A DNA stretch of 64,000 bases, taken from assembly GCA_913775975.1 (NCBI GenBank), contig CAJYLQ010000048.1, positions 1,292 through 65,291 of the forward strand, in the 5' to 3' direction. Below the pieces are notes generated by a model. That model saw nothing but the letters and a program-made list of their open reading frames with translations. It had not been told where the DNA came from and ran no database searches. The position numbers and the translations under genes were made by a program. This document shows, piece by piece, positions 30,341-39,848 of this stretch (the first letter of the stretch is position 1; each line of letters begins with the position of its first letter). The stretch is from an uncultured Sphingomonas sp. (GTDB lineage: Bacteria > Pseudomonadota > Alphaproteobacteria > Sphingomonadales > Sphingomonadaceae).

Positions 30341-30437
30341 TGCAATAAATAAGATTTATTCCGTTTCGGGCCCGTTCTTAACCGTCGCGAAGGAAAAGCC
30401 GCGTAGCCTCCCACGCATACGGGGAGCGCGAACCATC

Positions 30438-30941
30438 ATGGAAGAGACGATCCGTCTCGCGACGTTGCACAGCTACGGCATTCTCGACACGCCGCCCGAG
30501 CCGGCGTTCGACGCGATTGCGCAGGATGCCGCGCGAATCTTCGACTGCCAGATGGCGGTGGTGTCGTTCATCGATGGCGATCGACAATGGTACAAGGCGC
30601 GCGCGGGCGTGACCGGCGATGGCGTCGCGCGATCCGCCTCCCTCTGCCGGCACGTCATCGCCGACGATGCGGTGGTGGCGGTCGGCGATGCGCGGCTGGA
30701 CGCCCGGTTCCGCGGCAGTCCCTTTGTGCTGGGACCGCCGCATGTCCGCTTCTATGCCGCCGCGCCGATCAAGGCGCTGAACCGCGCGCGGCTTGGCACC
30801 ATCTGCGTCTTCGACCCGATGCCGCGCGACACGATCACGCCGCGCGAGTGCCGGATGCTTTCCGCGCTCGCCGCCCGGACGGTGGAGTTGCTGGAGCATC
30901 GGCGCTGGGGCGGGACGGGCGCGCAGGCCCGCGCGGGCTGA
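30438..30941 (+). CDS. Stand-alone GAF domain protein
   Basis: E..RLATLHSYGILDTPPEPAFD, RFYAAAP, LGTICVFD. Confidence 0.88.
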   Translation: MEETIRLATLHSYGILDTPPEPAFDAIAQDAARIFDCQMAVVSFIDGDRQWYKARAGVTGDGVARSASLCRHVIADDAVVAVGDARLDARFRGSPFVLGPPHVRFYAAAPIKALNRARLGTICVFDPMPRDTITPRECRMLSALAARTVELLEHRRWGGTGAQARAG

Positions 30942-30966
30942 ACCCGGGCGCCGCGGCGCCCCGGCG

Positions 30967-31842
30967 TCAGCCCTCCGCCTTCGCGCGTTCCTCGTAGAAG
31001 GCGAGCACCGCGTCCCACGCCTCTTCGGCGGTTTCGACGTAGGTGAAGATCGACAGGTCGCGTTCGGAGACGACGCCCTCTTCGACCAAAGCCTCGAAAT
31101 TGACGACGCGTTCCCAGAATGCGCGGCCGAACAGCAGCACGGGGATCGGCTGGATCTTGCCCGTCTGGATCAGCGTCAGCAGCTCGAACAGCTCGTCGAA
31201 CGTGCCGAAGCCGCCGGGGAAGGCGGCCAGCGCACGTGCGTGGAGCAGGAAGTGCATCTTGCGCAGCGCGAAATAGTGGAACTGCAGGCTCAGCGCGGGC
31301 GTGACATAGGGGTTGGGCGCCTGCTCGTGCGGCAGGACGATGTTGAGCCCGATCGATTCGGCGCCGACATCCGCCGCGCCGCGATTCGCCGCCTCCATGA
31401 TCGACGGGCCGCCGCCGGAACAGACGACGAAGTGGCGATTGCCCTCATGATCGCGCGGCAGGCGGCTGGTGATGCGGGCAAGCTCGCGCGCGACCTCGTA
31501 ATATTTGCTCTTTTCGACCAGCCGCTGCGCGATCGCGCGGCTCTTGTCGTCGCTGGCCATCTCCAGCAGCGCATGCGCCTTGGCCGGCTCGGGAATCCGG
31601 GCGGAGCCGTAGAAGACGAAGGTGGAGGCGATCTTCGCTTCCGCGATCAGCAGCTGCGCCTTCAGCAGTTCCAGCTGGAAGCGGACGGGCCGCAGATCCT
31701 CGCGCAGCAGGAAGTCCATGTCCTGGAACGCCAGCGTGTAGGCCGGGCTCTCGGTCTGCGGCGTGGAGATGACGGTCTTGGCGCTTTCGGCGTCCTGGCT
31801 GGCGCGCGGAAAGACGCGGGCGGGTACACGAGTGTCAGTCAT
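30967..31842 (-). CDS. LOG family protein (TIGR00730-like)
   Basis: SGGGPSIMEAANRG, FHYFALRK, FPGGFGTFDE. Confidence 0.92.
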   Translation of the reverse strand: MTDTRVPARVFPRASQDAESAKTVISTPQTESPAYTLAFQDMDFLLREDLRPVRFQLELLKAQLLIAEAKIASTFVFYGSARIPEPAKAHALLEMASDDKSRAIAQRLVEKSKYYEVARELARITSRLPRDHEGNRHFVVCSGGGPSIMEAANRGAADVGAESIGLNIVLPHEQAPNPYVTPALSLQFHYFALRKMHFLLHARALAAFPGGFGTFDELFELLTLIQTGKIQPIPVLLFGRAFWERVVNFEALVEEGVVSERDLSIFTYVETAEEAWDAVLAFYEERAKAEG

Positions 31843-31874
31843 CCGAGGGAGGTAGAGCAAGTTTTCGTGACAGG

Positions 31875-32573
31875 CTAGCGGCAGAAATGCGCGTCGTCGT
31901 CTTCCAGATGCAGATGGTTGCGGTGCGCCGCGTTGTAATCGGGCGACAGGACGGTGCCGTAGCGCTTGCAGGCGGAGGCGTGGACCACCTTCAGAAAGCG
32001 CTGGATCGCCGGATCGGGGTTCGTCCAGTCGTTCAGGATGGTGATCCGCCGCCCGTCCTTCAGCACGAAGCCGCCGATATCCACCGCATTGGCCAGCGCA
32101 TGGCCCGACCGCCGGTCGCCCATGCCGCGCGTGCCGACGATGTTGCGACAGGCATAGGTGCCCATCCCCTCGATCCGCGCGAGCGGCGAGCCGAGGATCT
32201 GCCACGCGGCCGGCGCCACCGCGTTGCGCACCCAGGTGGCGAAGGCGCGCGCGTTGCCGCAGCGCATCGCGGTGACGCCGGTGACGGGCACGCCGATATC
32301 GGTCAGCTGCACCGCGCCGTACAGGCCGCAGCCCTGGCCGAAATCCTGCGCGGGCAGGATGCGGAAATCGACGCCCTCGCGGCGCAGGTCGGCATGGCAT
32401 TGCGCGGTTTCGCCGGGCGGCGGCCGCAGCGGTTCGCGCGTCACGAGCGGGGGATGCGGCGCGGGCGAACGACCACACGCGGCGAGCATCGCCAGCATCA
32501 GTCCCGTCGCGATGACCCTCGGCCGCCCCACGGCGACCCTTGTGCGCAAGGCGGGGACCCGCGGGCAAGCCAT
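31875..32573 (-). CDS. Extensin-like C-terminal domain lipoprotein
   Basis: [32 protein letters not shown]; start uncertain. Confidence 0.85.
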   Translation of the reverse strand: MACPRVPALRTRVAVGRPRVIATGLMLAMLAACGRSPAPHPPLVTREPLRPPPGETAQCHADLRREGVDFRILPAQDFGQGCGLYGAVQLTDIGVPVTGVTAMRCGNARAFATWVRNAVAPAAWQILGSPLARIEGMGTYACRNIVGTRGMGDRRSGHALANAVDIGGFVLKDGRRITILNDWTNPDPAIQRFLKVVHASACKRYGTVLSPDYNAAHRNHLHLEDDDAHFCR

Positions 32574-32647
32574 ATCCGTCCGACGATTCGACCGACTGGT
32601 CCGATTGTCCGGCTTGCCAGCGCGGCGCTTCCCCATTAGGGCCGCCG

Positions 32648-32698
32648 GCGGGCCACGCCGTCCCAACGCGGCGCGCGCTCTCTGTGAGGAGAGATACA
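32648..32698 (+). promoter_or_regulatory. Candidate serC leader RNA
   Basis: Downstream of TTGCCA-N17-TAGGGC; stems CGCCG/CGGCG (32656-32673) and CTCTC/GAGAG (32678-32693), the last overlapping the RBS as described for the alphaproteobacterial serC leader. Confidence 0.5.
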
Positions 32699-33853
32699 TT
32701 GACGGATACCGCCACCGCCCCTGACGTGCAGGGTGCGCAGAAGCCGACCACCAAGCCGGCTCGTCCTTTCTTCAGCTCCGGTCCCTGTGCCAAGCCGCCC
32801 GGCTGGGATGCGTCGAAGCTGGCCGCCGCGTCGCTGGGCCGCTCGCACCGGTCGAAGATCGGCAAGACCCGCCTGCAATATTGCATCGACCTGATGCGCG
32901 AGGTGCTGGGCCTGCCCGATACGCACCGCATCGGCATCGTCCCCGGTTCCGACACCGGCGCGTTCGAGATGGCGATGTGGACCATGCTGGGCGCGCGCCC
33001 GGTCACCGCGCTGGCCTGGGAAAGCTTTGGCGAGGGTTGGGTGACGGATGCCGTCAAGCAACTGAAGATCGATCCCACCGTCGTGCGCGCCGATTACGGC
33101 CAGCTGCCCGACCTCGACGCGATCGACTGGTCGAACGACGTGCTGTTCACCTGGAACGGCACGACCAGCGGCGTGCGCGTGCCGAACGCGGACTTCATTC
33201 CGGAGGACCGCGAGGGCCTGTCCTTCGCCGATGCCACGTCGGGCGTGTTCGCCTATGACATCGACTGGGCGAAGATCGACGTCGCGACGTTCAGCTGGCA
33301 GAAGGTGCTGGGCGGGGAGGGCGCGCATGGCGTGCTGATCCTCGGGCCGCGCGCGGTCGAGCGGCTGGAAAGCTACACCCCCGCCTGGCCGCTGCCCAAG
33401 GTGTTCCGCCTCGTGTCCAAGGGCAAGCTGGCCGAGGGCGTGTTCAAGGGCGAGACGATCAACACGCCGTCGATGCTGGCGGTGGAGGACGCGATCTTCG
33501 CGCTGGAATGGGCCAAGGGCTTGGGTGAGGGCGGGCTGATCGCGCGCTCCGACGCCAATGCCGCCGCTCTGGACGCGATCGTCGAGGCGCGCGACTGGCT
33601 GGGCCATCTGGCCGCCGATCCGGCGACGCGGTCCAGGACCAGCGTCTGCCTGACCGTCGCGGGCGCCGACGAGGCGTTCATCAAGACGATGGCCGGCCTG
33701 CTGGAAAAGGAAGGCGCCGCCTACGACGTCGCGGGATATCGCGATGCGCCGGCGGGCCTGCGCATCTGGTGCGGCGCGACGGTGGACACCGCCGATATCG
33801 AGGCGCTGGGGCCGTGGCTCGACTGGGCCTACGCGACCGCCAAGGCGGGCTGA
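32699..33853 (+). CDS. serC: Phosphoserine aminotransferase
   Basis: [39 protein letters not shown]; TTG start after GAGGAG. Confidence 0.95.
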   Translation: MTDTATAPDVQGAQKPTTKPARPFFSSGPCAKPPGWDASKLAAASLGRSHRSKIGKTRLQYCIDLMREVLGLPDTHRIGIVPGSDTGAFEMAMWTMLGARPVTALAWESFGEGWVTDAVKQLKIDPTVVRADYGQLPDLDAIDWSNDVLFTWNGTTSGVRVPNADFIPEDREGLSFADATSGVFAYDIDWAKIDVATFSWQKVLGGEGAHGVLILGPRAVERLESYTPAWPLPKVFRLVSKGKLAEGVFKGETINTPSMLAVEDAIFALEWAKGLGEGGLIARSDANAAALDAIVEARDWLGHLAADPATRSRTSVCLTVAGADEAFIKTMAGLLEKEGAAYDVAGYRDAPAGLRIWCGATVDTADIEALGPWLDWAYATAKAG

Positions 33854-33864
33854 ACCCCTGACTT

Positions 33865-33959
33865 CGTCATTCCCGCGAAGGCGGGAATCCATACACGCAA
33901 GGTCGTCGAAAGAGCCGCTGCACCAGCGGCTATGGATCCCCGCCTTCGCGGGGATGACG
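33865..33959. repeat. Palindromic repeat family B copy between serC and serA
   Basis: CGTCATTCCCGCGAAGGCGGGAATCC...GGATCCCCGCCTTCGCGGGGATGACG. Confidence 0.9.
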
Positions 33960-33983
33960 GCTGGTATCTGAAGGATCACCCAA

Positions 33984-35561
33984 ATGCCCAAGGTACTGAT
34001 TTCCGACAAGATGGACCCCAAGGCCGCCCAGATCTTCCGCGAGCGCGGGGTCGAGGTGGACGAGATCACCGGCAAGACGCCGGCCGAGCTGATGGCGATC
34101 ATCGGCGACTATGACGGCCTCGCCATCCGCAGCTCGACCAAGGTGACCAAGGAGATCCTGGAGCACGCGACGAACCTGAAGGTCGTCGGCCGCGCGGGCA
34201 TCGGTGTCGATAACGTCGATATTCCCGCGGCCAGCGCCAAGGGCGTGGTGGTGATGAACACCCCGTTCGGCAACTCGATCACCACCGCCGAACACGCCAT
34301 CGCGCTGATGTTCGCGCTTGCCCGCCAGCTGCCCGAGGCGGATGCCTCGACTCAGGCGGGCAAGTGGGAGAAGAACCGCTTCATGGGCGTCGAGCTGACC
34401 AGCAAGACGCTGGGGCTGATCGGCGCGGGCAATATCGGCTCGATCGTCGCGGATCGCGCGCGCGGCCTGAAGATGAAGGTCGTCGCCTTCGACCCCTTCC
34501 TGACGCCCGAGCGCGCGGTGGAGATGGGCGTCGAGAAGGTGACGCTGGACGAACTGCTGGCGCGCGCCGACTTCATCACGCTGCACACGCCGCTGACCGA
34601 CCAGACACGCAACATCCTGTCGGCGGAGAACATCGCCAAGACGAAGAAGGGCGTGCGCATCATCAACTGCGCGCGCGGCGGCCTGATCGACGAGGCCGCG
34701 CTGAAGGCGGCGCTCGATTCGGGCCATGTCGCGGGCGCGGCGCTCGACGTGTTCGTGACTGAGCCGGCGAAGGAATCGCCGCTGTTCGGCACGCCCAACT
34801 TCATTTCGACGCCGCATCTGGGCGCGTCGACCACAGAGGCGCAGGTCAACGTCGCGATCCAGGTCGCCGAGCAGATGGCCGACTTCCTCGTGTCGGGCGG
34901 CGTCACCAACGCGCTCAACATGCCGAGCCTGTCGGCGGAGGAAGCCCCCAAGCTGAAGCCGTACATGGCACTGGCGGAGCGGCTGGGCAGCCTGGTCGGC
35001 CAGCTGTCGACCGGCGCGATCGACCGCATCAGCGTCCATACCGAGGGCGCGGCGGCGGAGCTGAACCAGAAGCCGATCACCAGCGCGGTGCTGGCGGGCT
35101 TCCTGCGCACGCAGACCGCGACGGTGAACATGGTCAACGCGCCGCTGCTCGCCCGCGATCGGGGCATCGAGGTGCGCGAGATCCGGTCCGAGCGTGAGGG
35201 CGACTATCACACGCTGGTCCGCGTCGCGGTGCGCACCGCCGATGGCGAGCGCTCGGTCGTCGGCACGCTGTTCGGCGACCAGAGCCCGCGCCTCGTCGAA
35301 TTGTTCGGCGTGAAGGTGGAGGCCGATATCGCCGGCCAGATGCTGTATGTCGTCAACGAGGACGCCCCGGGCTTCATCGGGCGCCTCGGCACCACGCTGG
35401 GCGAGGCGGGCGTCAATATCGGCACCTTCCACCTCGGCCGTCGTCAGGCGGGTGGCGAGGCGGTGCTGCTCCTGTCCGTCGACGAGCCGGTGACGGCGGA
35501 CCTGCTGGCGAAGGTAAAGGCGCTGCCGGGCGTGAAGACCGCGATGGGCCTGGCGTTCTGA
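33984..35561 (+). CDS. serA: D-3-phosphoglycerate dehydrogenase
   Basis: RAGIGVDNVD, GAGNIG, NCARGG, PHLGAST, C-terminal ACT domain. Confidence 0.97.
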   Translation: MPKVLISDKMDPKAAQIFRERGVEVDEITGKTPAELMAIIGDYDGLAIRSSTKVTKEILEHATNLKVVGRAGIGVDNVDIPAASAKGVVVMNTPFGNSITTAEHAIALMFALARQLPEADASTQAGKWEKNRFMGVELTSKTLGLIGAGNIGSIVADRARGLKMKVVAFDPFLTPERAVEMGVEKVTLDELLARADFITLHTPLTDQTRNILSAENIAKTKKGVRIINCARGGLIDEAALKAALDSGHVAGAALDVFVTEPAKESPLFGTPNFISTPHLGASTTEAQVNVAIQVAEQMADFLVSGGVTNALNMPSLSAEEAPKLKPYMALAERLGSLVGQLSTGAIDRISVHTEGAAAELNQKPITSAVLAGFLRTQTATVNMVNAPLLARDRGIEVREIRSEREGDYHTLVRVAVRTADGERSVVGTLFGDQSPRLVELFGVKVEADIAGQMLYVVNEDAPGFIGRLGTTLGEAGVNIGTFHLGRRQAGGEAVLLLSVDEPVTADLLAKVKALPGVKTAMGLAF

Positions 35562-35571
35562 GCCGCCAGGC

Positions 35572-35604
35572 TGAAAGCCCCCTCCCCGGCGGGGAGGGGT
35601 TTCA
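35572..35604. terminator. Hairpin/terminator after serA
   Basis: TGAAAGCCCCCTCCCC-ggc-GGGGAGGGGTTTCA. Confidence 0.55.
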
Positions 35605-35646
35605 AGGCTCTCGTCAGCGCGTCCGCTCCCCGCTATTCCCCCGCCC

Positions 35647-36753
35647 ATGACCCAGTCCGGCCTGCTCCCCGAAGGTTTCCACGACCGCCTGCCGCCCGCC
35701 GCGGATATCGCCGCCGCGATCGAGGCGCGGGTGCTGGAGGCGGCGCGGGGGCATGGGTATGAGCGGGTCGATCCGCCGCTTGCCGAATATGCCGACGAGC
35801 TCGCCGCCCGGCTGAAGGCGGGCGGGCTGACCGATGCGGTGCGCTTCGTCGATCCGGTCGGGCAGGCGACGCTGGCGATCCGGCCGGACATGACCGCACA
35901 GGTCGCGCGGATCGCGGCGGTGCGGATGGGGCACCATCCCCGGCCCGTGCGCCTGTCCTATGCCGGCTCGATCCTGCGGCTGCGCGCCTCGCAACTCGCG
36001 CCCGCGCGCGAGCGGCGGCAGGTGGGGGCGGAACTGATCGGCCTCGATTCGGTCGATGCCGCCGCCGAGATCGTCGGCGTCGCGGTGGAAGGTCTGGCGG
36101 CGGCGGGGATCGCGGATGCCTCGATCGATTTCACGCTGCCGGATCTGGTCGATGCGCTCTCCGCCGGGCCGCTGCCGGTCGCGGCCGACGCGATTGCGGC
36201 GCTTCGCGAGCGACTGGACGCCAAGGACGCCGGCGGCGTCGCGGCGATCGCGCCCGCCTATCTGCCGCTGGTCGAGGCGGCGGGGCCGTTCGCACCCGCA
36301 ATCGCGCGGTTGCGCGCGTTCGACACGGGCGGCGTCCTGACGCGGCGGCTGGACGCGCTGGAGGCGATCGCGGCGACGCTGCCCGATACGGTCGCGCTGA
36401 CGCTGGACCCGACCGAGCGGCACGGCTTCGAATATCAGTCGTGGCTGGGTTTCTCGCTGTTCGCGGCGGGCGCGGCGCGCGAGCTGGGGCGCGGCGGCAC
36501 GTACCAGATCGTCCATCCCGATGGCCGCGAGGAGCCGGCGACGGGCTTCTCCCTCTATGCCGATGCGCTGTCGGCATCGGGCCATGCGGGCGAGCGGCGG
36601 CGGCTGTTCCTGCCGCACGGCACGTCGCCAGTGGAGGGCGCCCGACTACGCGCCGAGGGCTGGGTCACGGTGCGCGCGCTGGAGCCGTCCGACACGCCCG
36701 CCGCGCAGCTGGCGACGCATATCTGGCGAGACGGCGCGGCGCACCCGCTCTAG
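35647..36753 (+). CDS. hisZ: ATP phosphoribosyltransferase regulatory subunit
   Basis: LLPEGFHDRLP, RPDMTAQVAR, QVGAELIG, GGTY; hisZ-purA context. Confidence 0.92.
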   Translation: MTQSGLLPEGFHDRLPPAADIAAAIEARVLEAARGHGYERVDPPLAEYADELAARLKAGGLTDAVRFVDPVGQATLAIRPDMTAQVARIAAVRMGHHPRPVRLSYAGSILRLRASQLAPARERRQVGAELIGLDSVDAAAEIVGVAVEGLAAAGIADASIDFTLPDLVDALSAGPLPVAADAIAALRERLDAKDAGGVAAIAPAYLPLVEAAGPFAPAIARLRAFDTGGVLTRRLDALEAIAATLPDTVALTLDPTERHGFEYQSWLGFSLFAAGAARELGRGGTYQIVHPDGREEPATGFSLYADALSASGHAGERRRLFLPHGTSPVEGARLRAEGWVTVRALEPSDTPAAQLATHIWRDGAAHPL

Positions 36754-36854
36754 GAAAACCGTACCGCCGCCAAGAACGCCCGTGACATGGGTGAGAGATA
36801 GTCCCTAACACGGCCGATGGCGGCATCTCGCCGTCGATCCAATGGGAGACAGCC

Positions 36855-36947
36855 ATGTCGTTTGGTGATGTGTGCCTGTTCCTAGCGGCGCTGTTCGCGT
36901 TCGGCACTCTTCTTTTGAAGGTGGTCGAAGTGGCGCGCCACAAATAG
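36855..36947 (+). CDS. Unannotated 30-aa single-TM peptide, putative type I toxin (MSFGDVCLFLAALFAFGTLLLKVVEVARHK)
   Basis: SD GGGAGA 5 nt before ATG; hydrophobic core then basic C-terminus; 55% GC (51/93); below ORF-track cutoff. Confidence 0.75.
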   Translation: MSFGDVCLFLAALFAFGTLLLKVVEVARHK

Positions 36948-37051
36948 GCAACCGGGCGGGGGCGCGTTGCCGCGCGTCCCCCAAACGATTGAACCCCCGC
37001 CATTGCCGTGGCGGGGGTTCATCCAATGGCTCAGCCATATCGTTTGGTGCC
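36942..37051 (-). ncRNA. Putative antisense antitoxin sRNA
   Basis: Starts just downstream of a minus-strand promoter; 5' 29 nt complementary to the toxin SD/ATG region via a direct repeat; contains 13-bp hairpin 36990-37021; 3' end uncertain. Confidence 0.6.
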
Positions 37052-37055
37052 TTCT

Positions 37056-37084
37056 CATATAGCCTCATACCTTCTCACGCGCAA
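37056..37084 (-). promoter_or_regulatory. Sigma70-like promoter for antisense RNA
   Basis: TTGCGC (37084-37079) -N17- TATATG (37061-37056), preceded by GC as in the alphaproteobacterial GCTANA -10. Confidence 0.65.
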
Positions 37085-37103
37085 TCACCCCGGCTGAACG
37101 CGA

Positions 37104-37132
37104 TTGACCTCTCCGCCTCGTCCAGCTACCCG
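37104..37132 (+). promoter_or_regulatory. Probable purA promoter
   Basis: TTGACC-N17-TACCCG (GCTA). Confidence 0.5.
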
Positions 37133-37217
37133 CGCCCCCGACATTCCTGAACCGCCCGCGTGCCGAGTCCTGTCGAAGGGCGCGCGGGTCCGTAGCGGCA
37201 GGCGGGGAATTGCATCC

Positions 37218-38507
<1,290 letters not shown>

Positions 38508-38515
38508 CCGTGGTG

Positions 38516-38965
38516 ATGACGCGGGCGCGGATCGCGATGACGGTCATGGCGGTGCTGGCGGCGGCACCGGCCGCCGCGACACCGCCGCCGCCGCCCGCGC
38601 CGCCGCCCGAGGCGGAGACCCCGGCGGCGCGGCAGGCGATCATCGCGGCGGACCGTTGCTTTACGGAGCGGTGGGAGGTCGCGCGACGAGCTGAGTTCGC
38701 CGCGCGGGATGCGGTGAAGGCGGCGGGGGCGGTGGGCTCCCCGTCATGGCTGGCGGCGCGGGATGCGGCGGTGGCGCTGGCGGGCGCACGCGACACGATA
38801 TTACGGTGCGAGGATGGCCTGTCGCTGCCCGAGGCGACCGAACGGGACCGCGCGGCCCTGTCCTACTGGCGGACCTTCATAACCATGAACGTGCGGGGGC
38901 AGACGGTGTACGAAACGTCGATTTTGCGGGCGCTGCTGGGGTATCGCGACACGCTCGCCTGGTGA
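38516..38965 (+). CDS. Hypothetical secreted protein
   Basis: Signal-peptide-like N-terminus, Pro-rich linker, two Cys. Confidence 0.55.
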   Translation: MTRARIAMTVMAVLAAAPAAATPPPPPAPPPEAETPAARQAIIAADRCFTERWEVARRAEFAARDAVKAAGAVGSPSWLAARDAAVALAGARDTILRCEDGLSLPEATERDRAALSYWRTFITMNVRGQTVYETSILRALLGYRDTLAW

Positions 38966-38993
38966 TGGGCGAATGCCCCGGCGTCGGGCGACG

Positions 38994-39254
38994 TCAGTGA
39001 GGCCCGGCCTTTGGCGGGGCATCGGTGGCGCTCACGGGATCGCCAGCGGGCGGAGCGGCGGTGTCGGGATTGGTCTGCGGTGCGGGCCGCTGGTCGGCCT
39101 CACCCGGCGGGATCTGGACCGTTGGGCCCGAGATGGCCGGTGACGAGGGGGTTGGGACTGGGGTTGGCGCAGGAGCGGGTGCTGGTGGCGTCTGCGCAGC
39201 GGTTACAGCCGGCAGTGTGATCGCGGCAGCCATGGTCAGAAGGGCGGAGCGCAT
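38994..39254 (-). CDS. Small Pro-rich secreted protein
   Basis: SD GAGG; MRSALLTMAAAITLPAVTAAQ signal; PA/PT repeats. Confidence 0.55.
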   Translation of the reverse strand: MRSALLTMAAAITLPAVTAAQTPPAPAPAPTPVPTPSSPAISGPTVQIPPGEADQRPAPQTNPDTAAPPAGDPVSATDAPPKAGPH

Positions 39255-39275
39255 CGGCCGGTCCTCTTGCTGAGC

Positions 39276-39305
39276 AAAAAGGGCGGCGCCGGTGTGGCGC
39301 CGCCC
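39276..39305 (-). terminator. Intrinsic terminator
   Basis: GGGCGGCGCC-acacc-GGCGCCGCCC followed by TTTTT on minus strand. Confidence 0.75.
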
Positions 39306-39316
39306 CTTCGTCATGA

Positions 39317-39775
39317 TCAGCCCCGCGGACCGGGATTGGTCGGGGTGGAACCGGTCGTGGTCGAGCCGGCATCGACGCCGCCCTCGACGCCCGCGTTCGC
39401 GCCGCCATAGGCACCAGCCGATCCCGGGGCATTGGGCGTCGTGGCGCCCATGCCCATGCCGGTGCCCATCTTCGTGCTCGACCGGCCCGAACGACGCATG
39501 GTGGAGCGCGTCGGCGACGTCGTGGTGGTGGTGCTCATCGTGCTGTCGGTGCGGCCCGTGACGGTGCCGCCCATGGTGCCGCCCGGCATGGTCGAGCCCG
39601 CGGTTCCCGGCATCGTCTGGCCCGGCATCGATCCGGGCATCGACCCGGGCATCGTCGAGCCGGTCTGCACGCCGGCACCGACACCGCCGCCGACCGTACC
39701 CCCGGTCCCGACACCCATCTGGGCGAAGGCGGCGGTGGGCAGGGCGAGGGCGGCGATCATCAGGGTCTTGCGCAT
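39317..39775 (-). CDS. Secreted low-complexity Gly/Thr/Met-rich protein
   Basis: SD GGGAG; signal MRKTLMIAALALPTAAFAQ; MPGS/MPGQ/MPGT repeats; terminator downstream. Confidence 0.75.
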   Translation of the reverse strand: MRKTLMIAALALPTAAFAQMGVGTGGTVGGGVGAGVQTGSTMPGSMPGSMPGQTMPGTAGSTMPGGTMGGTVTGRTDSTMSTTTTTSPTRSTMRRSGRSSTKMGTGMGMGATTPNAPGSAGAYGGANAGVEGGVDAGSTTTGSTPTNPGPRG

Positions 39776-39806
39776 GTCTTGAACTCCCATGAAGTACGGG
39801 GTCAAG

Positions 39807-39832
39807 AACGGTCTTGCACGCGCAGACGTTCC
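39807..39832 (-). promoter_or_regulatory. EcfG (general stress sigma) type promoter
   Basis: GGAAC-N17-CGTT on minus strand, 32 nt upstream of ATG 39775. Confidence 0.75.
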
Positions 39833-39848
39833 GTGTTTTATTAAGCAG

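Noticed and set aside
26390-33078. Apparent giant N-terminal extensions (1090-aa ptrB, 703-aa LOG ORFs)
   Set aside because: The extensions overlap real upstream genes in other frames; true starts with signal peptide or SD lie downstream.
36805-37150. ORF-track calls 36805-37068 (-), 36872-37150 (+) and 36665-37003 (-)
   Set aside because: No convincing SD or protein features, and they run through the hairpins and promoter; the 30-aa ORF plus sRNA explains the region better.
37129-37190. Hairpin in the purA leader as a purine riboswitch
   Set aside because: Single imperfect GC stem with no purine or ZTP aptamer features.
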